Source: Desulfosudaceae bacterium
GTDB lineage: Bacteria; Desulfobacterota; Desulfobacteria; Desulfobacterales; Desulfosudaceae
DNA: 64,000 bases
Assembly: GCA_963674745.2 (NCBI GenBank)
Contig: CAXXDV010000001.1
Location: 1,888,001-1,952,000 of the forward strand
Direction: 5' to 3'
Shown piece after piece: positions 40,147 through 52,846 of the stretch (position 1 is the first letter of the stretch; each line of letters opens with the position of its first letter). Under the pieces are notes generated by a model. That model ran no database searches. It was not told the DNA's origin and saw only the letters and a list, made by a program, of their open reading frames with translations. The translations under genes were made by a program, and so were the position numbers.

Positions 40147-41244
40147 TCAGAGATATGGGGTCAGCAGGTCTTTATTTATTTCCAGGGTATGCTGGTTGTC
40201 CTTTTGAACGATTTTATCTGACCCAAAGGGATCAAACTGAAGATCGGTGATTATCCTGTTAAAGACTTCTCTTAACGCCCTGGCACCGATTCGGGTATTG
40301 GCCTCAGCCTGTGCGGCAATGACTTCAAGTGCGTCCCCTGTAATTGAAAGATCAATGCCGAATGTTTTAAAGTAGTTTTTGGCGTTTATATATGGCGAAT
40401 CGACCGCGTTAAGCAGTATCTGCTTTAACACATGCCTGTTCAGGTCTCCCAGAATGTTGATAACACTGAACCGGGAAATAAATTGGGGTATCATACCATA
40501 ATTAAAGAGGTCCTCTATCTTCATATAATCTTTCAGGTTGAAAACAATGCGTCTCTCCGGAAGCCCCTTGGAATCATCCCAGACAAACGTTTCTTTTAAT
40601 TTTCGGCCGTCTTTTTCTGATTCCACCAGGGCATAAACCTGGTTGTACAGTTCTTCAAAGGCACCGCCGCAGATAAAAAGCATTTTGGCGGTATTGATGG
40701 GTATTCTCACGGCTCGTTTTTTCCCTTCCTGGATAAAAAAAGAAGAATCGATGTATATGATTTCCCCTTCCAGGATGGTCAGCAGGGCCTGTTGAATGGA
40801 GATGCCGGCGACATTTGTCCGGCCGGAAACCTTGGATGATATTTTGTCAATTTCATCCAGGCAGACAGTGGCGTTTTCGATATGGGCTTTCAGTTCTTTG
40901 GGGGTGATCCGGGCGCCCAGCCGGTTTCGGGCACCCGATTCCAGGTCACTGAATATACGGTAAATATTAACCTCACCATCATCGTTGATGAGGGTGTTAG
41001 CGTTCATGACGGACATGGCCTGAAATTGTGCCAGATCTTCATGGTCCCGGTAAAACTGAAGAATAGAATTCATCAGGGTCGTTTTGCCTGTGCCGCTGTT
41101 GCCGATAAGCAGAATATTGCCCCATTTGATGCCGTGGATGTGTTTGTAAACCGATACGGAAACCTGCTTAAGGGCATCATCCTGGCCCAGCACTTTTTTG
41201 GACAGATAGGAATATATGTCTTTCGGCAGTATTCGAGCGGTCAT
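40147..41244 (-). CDS. Divergent ClpX-like AAA+ ATPase
   Basis: VLGQDDA, GNSGTGKT, LDEIDKI, IQQALLTILEG, FICGGAF, GARALR; no zinc-binding domain. Confidence 0.8.
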   Translation of the reverse strand: MTARILPKDIYSYLSKKVLGQDDALKQVSVSVYKHIHGIKWGNILLIGNSGTGKTTLMNSILQFYRDHEDLAQFQAMSVMNANTLINDDGEVNIYRIFSDLESGARNRLGARITPKELKAHIENATVCLDEIDKISSKVSGRTNVAGISIQQALLTILEGEIIYIDSSFFIQEGKKRAVRIPINTAKMLFICGGAFEELYNQVYALVESEKDGRKLKETFVWDDSKGLPERRIVFNLKDYMKIEDLFNYGMIPQFISRFSVINILGDLNRHVLKQILLNAVDSPYINAKNYFKTFGIDLSITGDALEVIAAQAEANTRIGARALREVFNRIITDLQFDPFGSDKIVQKDNQHTLEINKDLLTPYL

Positions 41245-41516
41245 TTTTTACCCTGTTGAATGATCAGAATCTATTTTATTAAAATCATTATCATTAACAG
41301 AGGTCGGCTTGTCAATCATTTCCGGTTGTTTGAAAAAGGGTGGTTTGATGGGGTGGCAAATAGTGGCCTTGATTCATGCCTGAACAGAAAACCTGACCAA
41401 GGCCGGGCCAAAGCCACGATGACCGCAACTTGACAGGTCTGATGAATATTGCCATACAGAGAATAACAACCGTATGGGTTGTTTTTATTCGCCGATGATT
41501 TTTTTAAGGAGGTCAC

Positions 41517-42719
41517 ATGGTGGCGCGTTTCTCAAATGTATGTCTGTGTGTTTTTTTGCTGTTATGCCTGGTGTCGGTTGATGCTTATTCTCAGGGGGCA
41601 TGGGATGTCGAGTTCCCCTTGCCCGGTGACAATCCGTTATGGCAGGAGGCCAAAATCCTTTGGGATCATCACTGGGATGGGAAAAACATTGATGACCTGA
41701 TCGATGTTCTGCACCGGATTGAAGCTGCCCGGAGCGATAAAATGGCGGTCAACCTCTGGCTTTCCCAGGCCTATTACCTGAAAAGCCGCTATGAAAAAAA
41801 GAACCGTCTTGAAAACTCAAAAAGAGCCGAGTCTTACGCCGCCAAAGCCGTTTCCCTGGACGGAAAAAACATGACGGCCATGAAGCTGCTGATTACCACG
41901 GTTTCTTCATACGCCGACCGGGACTATATTGAAAAAAACTACGGCCCGCTTTTTCTCAGGCAACTGCCGGTTCCGGTGGGAAGGGCCTTGCCGGTCCTTG
42001 ACACCATTCCGGATTTTGTAACGGCGCTGCAGGACTGGGACAAGCGGGAAGACATAGACAAAGGGAAAAAAGCGGTTGCGGTATTTAGAGCCATTGCCGA
42101 TGAAAACCCCGGCAACCTGATGGCCCAGTTATGGGTATGCCGGGGAGATTACTACCTGGGTTATTATTATCTGGCCCGGGGAGAAGACGATGCCTCCCTG
42201 CCATTTTTCAAACAGGGAAACGAATACGGTTTAAGGGCGCTGGCCCTCGACCCCCATAATGTGCCGGCCAATTACTGGCGGCAGCTCAACCTGGCAAGGT
42301 CCATTCAGAACGCCAATATTCTGGTCAAAGCCCGTTACCTGCATACGATCATGGACCACCTGGTGTTGACCGCCAATGAGAACACGACCTATTTTTATAG
42401 CGGCCCGCTGATTTCAACCGCGACCATTATTGAAAAAGGGGGCTGGCTGGCGGAACGGGGGCTGGGGCTGGCCGGATACACCATGGATACGGTGACCATG
42501 GGCCTGGATCTGGCCGTCAGAGCGTTCCCGGATTATTTTTATACCCGGTTTGCCAGGGCCGAGGTATTATATCATTTGGGCCAAACGTGCGAAGCCGAAA
42601 AGGTCCTGCGTCATATCCTTGAAATGGACCCTTACCAGAACCCCTATCACGGGCCGGAAAATATTTGTGTGCAGGGGCTGGCAAAAATTTTTTTAGCCGA
42701 GCATTTTCCGGAAAAATAA
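41517..42719 (+). CDS. Exported alpha-helical/TPR-like protein
   Basis: Signal peptide, RBS AAGGAGG, TPR-like segments (LSQAYY, RAEVLYHLG). Confidence 0.7.
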   Translation: MVARFSNVCLCVFLLLCLVSVDAYSQGAWDVEFPLPGDNPLWQEAKILWDHHWDGKNIDDLIDVLHRIEAARSDKMAVNLWLSQAYYLKSRYEKKNRLENSKRAESYAAKAVSLDGKNMTAMKLLITTVSSYADRDYIEKNYGPLFLRQLPVPVGRALPVLDTIPDFVTALQDWDKREDIDKGKKAVAVFRAIADENPGNLMAQLWVCRGDYYLGYYYLARGEDDASLPFFKQGNEYGLRALALDPHNVPANYWRQLNLARSIQNANILVKARYLHTIMDHLVLTANENTTYFYSGPLISTATIIEKGGWLAERGLGLAGYTMDTVTMGLDLAVRAFPDYFYTRFARAEVLYHLGQTCEAEKVLRHILEMDPYQNPYHGPENICVQGLAKIFLAEHFPEK

Positions 42720-42725
42720 CATACA

Positions 42726-45329
42726 TTATGCCTCATCATGGGTGGCGGTTACGGTAAACGTGATCCCGTCACCGGCCACAGCGGCCTGAACGGTGGTGTT
42801 CTCCGGGATGTTGCCTTTCAGGATCTCCAGGGCCAGCGGATTCTCCACGTATTTCTGGATGGCCCGTTTCAAAGGCCGGGCCCCGTACACCGGATCAAAC
42901 CCCTTGTCGGCCAGAAACTGCCGGGCGTCGTCGGTCAGCTCTAACTTGATGCCGCGGTCGGCGGTGCGGCGGCTGAGCCGTTCCACCTGGATATCTACGA
43001 TACGGGCGATCTGGCTCCGGTCGAGGTTGTGAAAGACGATGGTTTCATCAACCCGGTTCAGGAACTCAGGCCGGAAATGCTGACGCAGAATATCGGTCAG
43101 ACGCTCTTTCATCTGATCCGGATCAGACCCGGAAAGTTCCTGGATCATCTGGCTGCCGATGTTGCTGGTCATGATGATAATGGTGTTTTTAAAATCCACG
43201 GTCCGGCCGTGACCATCGGTCATGCGGCCGTCATCCAGCATCTGTAGCAGGATGTTGAAAACATCCGGATGGGCCTTTTCGATTTCGTCAAACAGGACCA
43301 CCGAGTAAGGCCGCCGCCGGACGCTTTCCGTCAGATAACCGCCCTCGTCATAACCGACATATCCCGGAGGCGCCCCGATCATTCGGGCCACCGCGTGTTT
43401 TTCCATGTATTCGGACATGTCAATGCGGATGATCTGCTCGCTGTCGAACAGGAATTCAGCCAGGGCTTTGGCCAGCTCGGTTTTGCCCACGCCCGTGGGC
43501 CCCAGAAAAATAAAGGAGCCAACCGGCCGGTTGGGGTCCTGGAGACCCGAGCGTGAACGACGGACGGCATCGGACACGGCCGAGACCGCTTCCTCCTGCC
43601 CCACCACCCGAAGCGCCAGGCGATCTTCCATTTTTATCAGCTTTTCCCTTTCGCCTTCCAGCATTTTGCTGACCGGAATGTTGGTCCAGCGGGAAACCAC
43701 TTCGGCGATGTCTTCGGCATCCACCTCTTCTTTGAGCATTTTTTTGTTTTTCTGAAACTCGGCCAGTTCTGCCTCGGTGGATTCCATTTTCTGCTTGAGC
43801 TCGTTGGTCCGCCCGTAGCGCAGCTCCGCGACTTTGGCGTAATCTCCCTGGCGTTCGGCCTGCTGCTGTTGGATACCCAGTTCATCCATCTCTTTTTTGA
43901 TGCCGCGCATGGTCTGGATAAGCGCTTTTTCATGTTCCCAGTGGGCTTTCATGCCGCCGATTTCTTCTTTTAAGTCGGCAACCTCTTTTTCCAGGGTTTT
44001 CAGCCGTTCTTTGGACTCTTTGTCGCGCTCTTTTTTCAGAGCTTCTCGCTCGATTTCCATCTGCGTGATTTTGCGCTGGATTTCATCGATTTCAGCCGGC
44101 ATGCTGTCGATTTCGATACGCATTTTAGAGGCGCATTCATCCATCAGGTCGATGGCCTTGTCCGGCAGAAAACGGTCGGTGATGTAGCGGTTGGACAGGG
44201 TCGCCGCCGCGATCAGGGCCGAGTCCCGGATTTTGACACCGTGGTGAACCTCGTATTTTTCCTTTAAACCGCGCAAAATGGAAATGGTGTCGGTCACGTT
44301 GGGCTCGCTGGTAAAAACCGGCTGGAAGCGCCGTTCCAGGGCGGCGTCCTTTTCAATATACTTGCGGTATTCGTTCAGGGTCGTGGCGCCGATACAGCGC
44401 AGGGCGCCTCTTGCCAGGGCCGGTTTGAGCATGTTGGAGGCGTCCATGGATCCTTCGCTGGCCCCGGCGCCGACCAGGGTATGCAGTTCATCGATAAACA
44501 GGATAACCGCCCCTTCGGCGCGTTCAACTTCCTTTAAAACCGCTTTGAGACGGTCTTCGAATTCTCCCCGGTATTTGGCGCCGGCAATCAGGGCGGCCAT
44601 GTCCAGGGCGACCAGTTTTTTATTCTTGAGGCCCTCGGAAACGTCACCGGCCACGATGCGCTGGGCCAGGCCCTCCACAATGGCGGTTTTCCCCACGCCG
44701 GGCTCACCGATCAGGACCGGGTTGTTTTTGGTGCGACGGGAGAGGACCTGGACCACACGCCGTACTTCCTCGTCCCTTCCGATAACCGGATCAAGTTTGC
44801 CAAGACGGGCCAGCCCGGTCAGGTCGCGGCTGTACTTTTCCAGGGCCTGATATTTTTCTTCCGGGTTCTGGTCGGTTACCTGCTGGTTTCCCCTGAAATC
44901 CATCAATACCCGTAACGCGTTTTCTTTGGTGATGCCGTGTTTTTTTAATATGCCTGATGATTTTCCGCTTTTTTCATCAATAATCGCCAGAAAGATATGG
45001 TCAACACTGACATACTGGTCTTTCATTCCGGCGCTCTGGGTAAAAGCCGCGTCCAGAACGGATTTCGTCCGTCTGGAAATATAGACTTCAGTTGCGGCCC
45101 CGCTAACTTTGGGGATTTCGTCCAGCGCGGCCATAAGGTCACTTTTCACGGTTTCCGCAGACACGCCCATTTTTTCCAGCATACCGTTGATCATTCCCCC
45201 GGAATCTTCCAGCATGGCAAACAACAGATGCTCCGGTTCAATCTGCTGATGACCGCGGCCGGATGCGTCTGATTGTGCTGCCTGAAGCAGTTCTTGTGAT
45301 TTTATGGTCAGTTTATCAACTTGCATCAT
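42726..45329 (-). CDS. clpB: ATP-dependent chaperone ClpB
   Basis: Two AAA modules ([16 protein letters not shown]), middle coiled coil, GAPPGYVG. Confidence 0.98.
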   Translation of the reverse strand: MMQVDKLTIKSQELLQAAQSDASGRGHQQIEPEHLLFAMLEDSGGMINGMLEKMGVSAETVKSDLMAALDEIPKVSGAATEVYISRRTKSVLDAAFTQSAGMKDQYVSVDHIFLAIIDEKSGKSSGILKKHGITKENALRVLMDFRGNQQVTDQNPEEKYQALEKYSRDLTGLARLGKLDPVIGRDEEVRRVVQVLSRRTKNNPVLIGEPGVGKTAIVEGLAQRIVAGDVSEGLKNKKLVALDMAALIAGAKYRGEFEDRLKAVLKEVERAEGAVILFIDELHTLVGAGASEGSMDASNMLKPALARGALRCIGATTLNEYRKYIEKDAALERRFQPVFTSEPNVTDTISILRGLKEKYEVHHGVKIRDSALIAAATLSNRYITDRFLPDKAIDLMDECASKMRIEIDSMPAEIDEIQRKITQMEIEREALKKERDKESKERLKTLEKEVADLKEEIGGMKAHWEHEKALIQTMRGIKKEMDELGIQQQQAERQGDYAKVAELRYGRTNELKQKMESTEAELAEFQKNKKMLKEEVDAEDIAEVVSRWTNIPVSKMLEGEREKLIKMEDRLALRVVGQEEAVSAVSDAVRRSRSGLQDPNRPVGSFIFLGPTGVGKTELAKALAEFLFDSEQIIRIDMSEYMEKHAVARMIGAPPGYVGYDEGGYLTESVRRRPYSVVLFDEIEKAHPDVFNILLQMLDDGRMTDGHGRTVDFKNTIIIMTSNIGSQMIQELSGSDPDQMKERLTDILRQHFRPEFLNRVDETIVFHNLDRSQIARIVDIQVERLSRRTADRGIKLELTDDARQFLADKGFDPVYGARPLKRAIQKYVENPLALEILKGNIPENTTVQAAVAGDGITFTVTATHDEA

Positions 45330-45391
45330 TCTCCTCCCTCAATGATTATATGTTTTCAGCAACCCGCATTGACGGCGCTGTTACGTTAAAA

Positions 45392-45419
45392 ATATAAGCA
45401 TAAAAACAGGCGGTTCAAG
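45392..45419 (-). promoter_or_regulatory. Putative sigma32 (RpoH) promoter of clpB
   Basis: Minus strand CTTG-N17-CTTATAT about 60 nt upstream of the start codon. Confidence 0.55.
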
Positions 45420-45482
45420 TGGAGGTGGTCTTAAAAAGAAAAGGGGCGCATGATATCGGGCGCTTATTGCGGCTTGTGTGAA

Positions 45483-45625
45483 GGGCGACCCGCCGGTCGC
45501 CCCTACGCCCATGGCGCCCGTATGTAGGGGCGACCGGCGGGTCGCCCTTTTTTGCAAAATGGCCAGGCAGGGGCACCCCCCTGTGGGTGCACTATCATCG
45601 GGCGGCCACAGGGGGCCGCCCCCAC
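45483..45625. repeat. Cluster of four GTAG-type REP palindromes in two inverted pairs
   Basis: GTAGGGGCGACCGGCGGGTCGCCC at 45524-47 and its exact reverse complement at 45483-506; degenerate pair at 45567-92 and 45600-25. Confidence 0.8.
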
Positions 45626-45631
45626 ATCATT

Positions 45632-46105
45632 TTATCTGCGGCGGCGAATTTCACGATCCAGATCCCGTTTGGCATCCCGCTGTTTGATCTCTTCTCTTTT
45701 ATCGAATTTGCGCTTGCCCCGGGCCAGGCCCAGCTGGATCTTCGCTTTTCCGTTCTTGAAATAAACTTTCATGGGAATCAGGGAGAACCCCTTTTGATTT
45801 ATTTTTCCGTATAACCGCTTGATTTCCTGCTTGTGCAGCAGCAGTTTGCGGGGCCTTTCCGGCTCGTGGTTATCATAATAGGAAAAAGGGTAAATGCTGA
45901 TATTCATCTGGTGAAGGAATACCTCACCGTTTTTTATGCGGGCATAGGCATCCTTGAGGTTGGCTCTCCCCTGTCGCAGGGATTTGACCTCGGTGCCCTT
46001 CAACACGATTCCGGCTTCCATGGTGTCTTCAATAAAAAAGTCGTGTCGGGCCTGTTTATTGATGGTGATTATTTTGATGTGCTGATCGTTCAAGACGCAC
46101 TCCAT
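45632..46105 (-). CDS. smpB: SsrA-binding protein
   Basis: NKQARHDF, EAGIVLKGTEVKSLR, RKLLLHK, DKRE. Confidence 0.97.
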   Translation of the reverse strand: MECVLNDQHIKIITINKQARHDFFIEDTMEAGIVLKGTEVKSLRQGRANLKDAYARIKNGEVFLHQMNISIYPFSYYDNHEPERPRKLLLHKQEIKRLYGKINQKGFSLIPMKVYFKNGKAKIQLGLARGKRKFDKREEIKQRDAKRDLDREIRRRR

Positions 46106-46149
46106 GCTCCGGTTTTAAGGAAAGGATAGCCATTCTGGCCGGAAAAATC

Positions 46150-47925
46150 CTACGCTCCGGTTCCCGGCATATTCAGAAAGATATGACCGAATTTTTTCTG
46201 GATCAAATCACTGATATCAGATGACGATGTCTGCTGAAGAACTTCGCCGATAAACGCTTCCGACGTTTTTACATCCAGCGAACGGATGGTCTTTTTGATA
46301 ATCGGTATCGAAGGCGGGTTCATGCTCAGGTTTCTCATGCCCAGTCCCAGCAGGATCGGCATGTTTATAGCCGCGCCCGCCATTTCACCGCACATGACCA
46401 GGTCGACGCTTTTTTCCCGGGAGACTTGAACGATCTGGCGGATCATGCGGATAATGGCCGGGTGCAGGGTCTGAAACAGGTGCGCCACCTTGCGGTTTCC
46501 CCGGTCAATGGCCAGTGAATATTGAACCAGGTCATTGGTACCGATACTGAAGAAATCCACTACGTCAGCCAGCATATCGGCAATCAGGACAGTGGACGGT
46601 ACTTCGATCATAATGCCCACGTCAATATCACGGTTATATTCAATTTTTTCTTTTTTCAGGGCTTCCGCGGCACGATCAAGATGCTCAATGGCTTCGGTGA
46701 TTTCTTCGACGCTGGAAATCATGGGAAACATGATTTTGACATTGCCGAACACGGCTGCCCTTAGAATGGCCCTGAGTTGTGTTTCAAAAATGTCCGGCCT
46801 TTTGAGGCAGAAGCGGATGGCCCTCAGCCCCAGGGCCGGGTTGGCTTCATCTTCAACCCGATTGTAGGAAATGGCCTTGTCACCGTTGATGTCCAGGGTG
46901 CGGATGGTAACCGGCAACGGGGCCATTTTTTCGGCAACCTGCTTGTATTGTTCAAACAATTCCGCTTCCGAAGGAAAGGAGTTTCGGCTCAGGTAAAGAA
47001 ATTCGGTTCTGAACAGGCCGATACCGTCTCCACCGTATTCTTTCAGGTGTTCGATTTCATCCGGCAGTTCGATATTGCCCAGGATCTGCAGTGTCACCCC
47101 GTCGGCTGTTTCCGACGGCAGATGACTGGCCTTGATGATATCGGTTTTATAGGCGTAATAGGCTTCCTGCCGGTTCTGGTAATCAATCAGGGTTTCTTCA
47201 TCGGGGTTGACGATGACAACACCCTTTTCTCCGTCCACGATAATAATATCATCGTTGCGGATGACGGATGTGGCTTTATCGAGGCCTAAAACAGATGGAA
47301 TTTCGAGCGTTTTTGCGATAATCGCGGTATGTGAGGTCCGCCCGCCCTTATCGGTGATAAAGCCTTTGATCCGGTCCAGTTGAATCTGGCTGGTGTCGGC
47401 TGGAGACAGATCGTGGGCGACCAGAATAACCCGTTTGGTTATTTTGCTGATTTCAACATTGGTGGTGCCCATCAGGTGTCTCATGATGCGGTCGGAAACG
47501 TGGACGATATCCGCAGCCCGGCCTTTTATATACGGGTCGGATATTTCCCGGAACATCACCTTGACCGTGGAGACCACTTTTTTTAATGCCCATTCCGCGT
47601 TAACCTGTTCTTTTTCTATGGTTTCAATGGTTTTTTCATAGAGCATTTTATCCTTGTAAAGGATTTTGTGAGTTTCCAGGATATGGATATGCTCCTGAAG
47701 TTCCTCGGGAATTTTTTTAATGATCAGGGTCAGCTCTTCCTTGGCGTTTTTTACGGCGGCTTTGAACCGGTTTACTTCGGAGGTGATATTGTCGGAATTG
47801 ATAAAATACTTGTTCACTACCTCCACACCGGGACTGTCGGTATCCACAAGGTAGGCCTTGCCGATGCAGATACCCGGAGACCCGCTGACACCGATCAGTT
47901 CTATCTGTTTATATTTCCCCGGCAC
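46150..47925 (-). CDS. ptsI: PTS enzyme I
   Basis: GGRTSHTAI phospho-His, GIGLFRTEF, NPALGLRAIR, SIGTNDL. Confidence 0.95.
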   Translation of the reverse strand: MPGKYKQIELIGVSGSPGICIGKAYLVDTDSPGVEVVNKYFINSDNITSEVNRFKAAVKNAKEELTLIIKKIPEELQEHIHILETHKILYKDKMLYEKTIETIEKEQVNAEWALKKVVSTVKVMFREISDPYIKGRAADIVHVSDRIMRHLMGTTNVEISKITKRVILVAHDLSPADTSQIQLDRIKGFITDKGGRTSHTAIIAKTLEIPSVLGLDKATSVIRNDDIIIVDGEKGVVIVNPDEETLIDYQNRQEAYYAYKTDIIKASHLPSETADGVTLQILGNIELPDEIEHLKEYGGDGIGLFRTEFLYLSRNSFPSEAELFEQYKQVAEKMAPLPVTIRTLDINGDKAISYNRVEDEANPALGLRAIRFCLKRPDIFETQLRAILRAAVFGNVKIMFPMISSVEEITEAIEHLDRAAEALKKEKIEYNRDIDVGIMIEVPSTVLIADMLADVVDFFSIGTNDLVQYSLAIDRGNRKVAHLFQTLHPAIIRMIRQIVQVSREKSVDLVMCGEMAGAAINMPILLGLGMRNLSMNPPSIPIIKKTIRSLDVKTSEAFIGEVLQQTSSSDISDLIQKKFGHIFLNMPGTGA

Positions 47926-47954
47926 GCTGCCTTTCCTTCCCTGTTTTTTATTGT

Positions 47955-48236
47955 TTATTCGCCAAAACCTTTTTCAACCAGCTCGGTCAGTTGTTTCAGT
48001 ATGGGAACGTCGACCTGATGCTCGGCTTCAAAACGGATTGTTGCCCCTTTTACACACGCCAGCGTCAGGATGTCAATGACACTGCTGGCATCCACTTTTC
48101 GGTCGTCGCTGATCAGCCAGACATTGTTCTCGGCTCTGGCTGCAAGGGCCGCCACCTGGGCTGCCGCCCGGGCATGAAGCCCGAGTTCGTTAACGATAAC
48201 CGCTTCATATATTCGTTTGCCTGAAGAGGGGGGCAT
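47955..48236 (-). CDS. ptsH: Phosphocarrier protein HPr
   Basis: NELGLHARAA, DASS. Confidence 0.92.
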   Translation of the reverse strand: MPPSSGKRIYEAVIVNELGLHARAAAQVAALAARAENNVWLISDDRKVDASSVIDILTLACVKGATIRFEAEHQVDVPILKQLTELVEKGFGE

Positions 48237-48369
48237 AATTATCTATTTATCCAAATTTTATACAATAATTTTCCATATCCTGTCAATGGATGGACAAAAC
48301 ATCAAACCAATATGATTTAAAACGGACAAAAAGAAAAGAGAAAAAACGGAATGCGTGATGACGTGCTGG

Positions 48370-48786
48370 TTATTCTTCAGCCGGCCGGGGGTGCTTTTTT
48401 TTGAACTGCTCTTCAATCTGTTTGAAGAGCTCTTTTTTTCTGGCATCTTCCCTGTTTTTCAGGTCTTCGATGGTTTTGTTCCGGTTTTGCTGCGCCTGTT
48501 TGAATCTTGCCAGTTCATCTTCCATTCCGCCTTTGGGTACATCATTGGAAAGTTGCTCGATGGCCGTATGATCGCGGATAAATACCCGGACACCATAGGC
48601 CCCGCTGGTGATCTCAACAATGCCCTGGTTTTCCAGTTTTCGGCACAGGCGGTGAACCTGCTCTTCGGAGGCCGACAGCAGTTTACCAATAGCCGCCACA
48701 GACGGCGGATGACCGTCACGGAATTCCAGTACCCGGATGGCCGCTGTTACAAGGTGGGCGGTGCGGTAAAGCGAAAGGTTCTTCAT
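48370..48786 (-). CDS. Hypothetical winged-helix protein with C-terminal coiled coil
   Basis: HPPSVAAIGKLL...LCRKLENQGIV; RBS AAGGAG before ATG 48786. Confidence 0.65.
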   Translation of the reverse strand: MKNLSLYRTAHLVTAAIRVLEFRDGHPPSVAAIGKLLSASEEQVHRLCRKLENQGIVEITSGAYGVRVFIRDHTAIEQLSNDVPKGGMEDELARFKQAQQNRNKTIEDLKNREDARKKELFKQIEEQFKKKHPRPAEE

Positions 48787-48862
48787 TTGGCTCCTTGACA
48801 CGAATTGGATTTGATAGTAGCATCCTTCTTGAAATTGTCAATACATCGTGAACGTTCAATAA

Positions 48863-50161
<1,299 letters not shown>

Positions 50162-50199
50162 TCCGGCTTTTTCAGGGCCATCTATTCCGGACAAAAACA

Positions 50200-51057
50200 G
50201 TGACGAGAAAAATACGGCAAGCGGTTATTATATTTGTTCTGATGAATATCTGCCTGGCGTTCGCTGTGACAGTTCCGGCTTATGTTATCAGCCCGGAATT
50301 GATTCTGGAAAAAATGATCCAGGCGATCGGTTGGCCTGCCGGGTACGTCGTTACGCAGCAGGTCAGCCTGGACTATTCCGCCTGCGATAACCTTGACGAC
50401 CAGGCCGCCCTTTTCGATGAAACGGCCTGGTTTAAGACGTCCGGGAAATTTCGTTCCCGGATTGTGGTCAACAATATCAAACGCGAATATGTTTTCGATT
50501 ATGACCGGGCCTTGACCGTCATTGACGGGCAGATTATCTCAACCGCTGAAAATCCGGTGATGATCTACAAGGACCCTTTTATTTTTCGCGGCCGGGAAAA
50601 CCTGGCTGAAAGATTGTCAGCCCTGGGCATCGATATGTCCGTTGTCAGCCTGGGACGTCTGGGGGCTGCGGTGGCCTTTGTGATTGGTGCCAGATATCCG
50701 GATGAATCTGTTTCACAACTCTGGGTGGACAAGGAAACCTTTCTGCCTCTGCGGTTGATGCTGAAAAGTGACGATCCAAACGGTTCAGTTGAAGTCCGGT
50801 ACCTGGACTGGAAGCGGTATTATCGTTTTCACCATCCCCAGCGGATTGAAATTTACCGTAATGACAAGGTCAGCCGGGTTGTCTGTGTCCGAAATGTTCG
50901 GAACGGTGTCCGGGAGCCCGACAGTTTTTTTAATGTGTCGGATATGCAGTTAACATATCCGAAGGTGGGGGATGACAGTGACGCCAAACCACGGCCGGAT
51001 GAGCCGGCAGGCGGCATCCAGGAAACGATAGACGATTTTAAAAAACTTTACCGGTAA
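50200..51057 (+). CDS. Exported hypothetical protein, LolA-like fold
   Basis: Signal peptide; QLWVDKETFLPLRL motif. Confidence 0.6.
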   Translation: MTRKIRQAVIIFVLMNICLAFAVTVPAYVISPELILEKMIQAIGWPAGYVVTQQVSLDYSACDNLDDQAALFDETAWFKTSGKFRSRIVVNNIKREYVFDYDRALTVIDGQIISTAENPVMIYKDPFIFRGRENLAERLSALGIDMSVVSLGRLGAAVAFVIGARYPDESVSQLWVDKETFLPLRLMLKSDDPNGSVEVRYLDWKRYYRFHHPQRIEIYRNDKVSRVVCVRNVRNGVREPDSFFNVSDMQLTYPKVGDDSDAKPRPDEPAGGIQETIDDFKKLYR

Positions 51058-52722
<1,665 letters not shown>

Positions 52723-52846
52723 TTTTTTGCAGACGTCGGTCTGCCTGGATATTATTCGGGACCGGTATGATCCAAAATATATTTACGATTGCCTGAAATC
52801 CGTTTTTTTCAAATCAATTGGGTATTAATACCAGTAGGAGAGGAAT

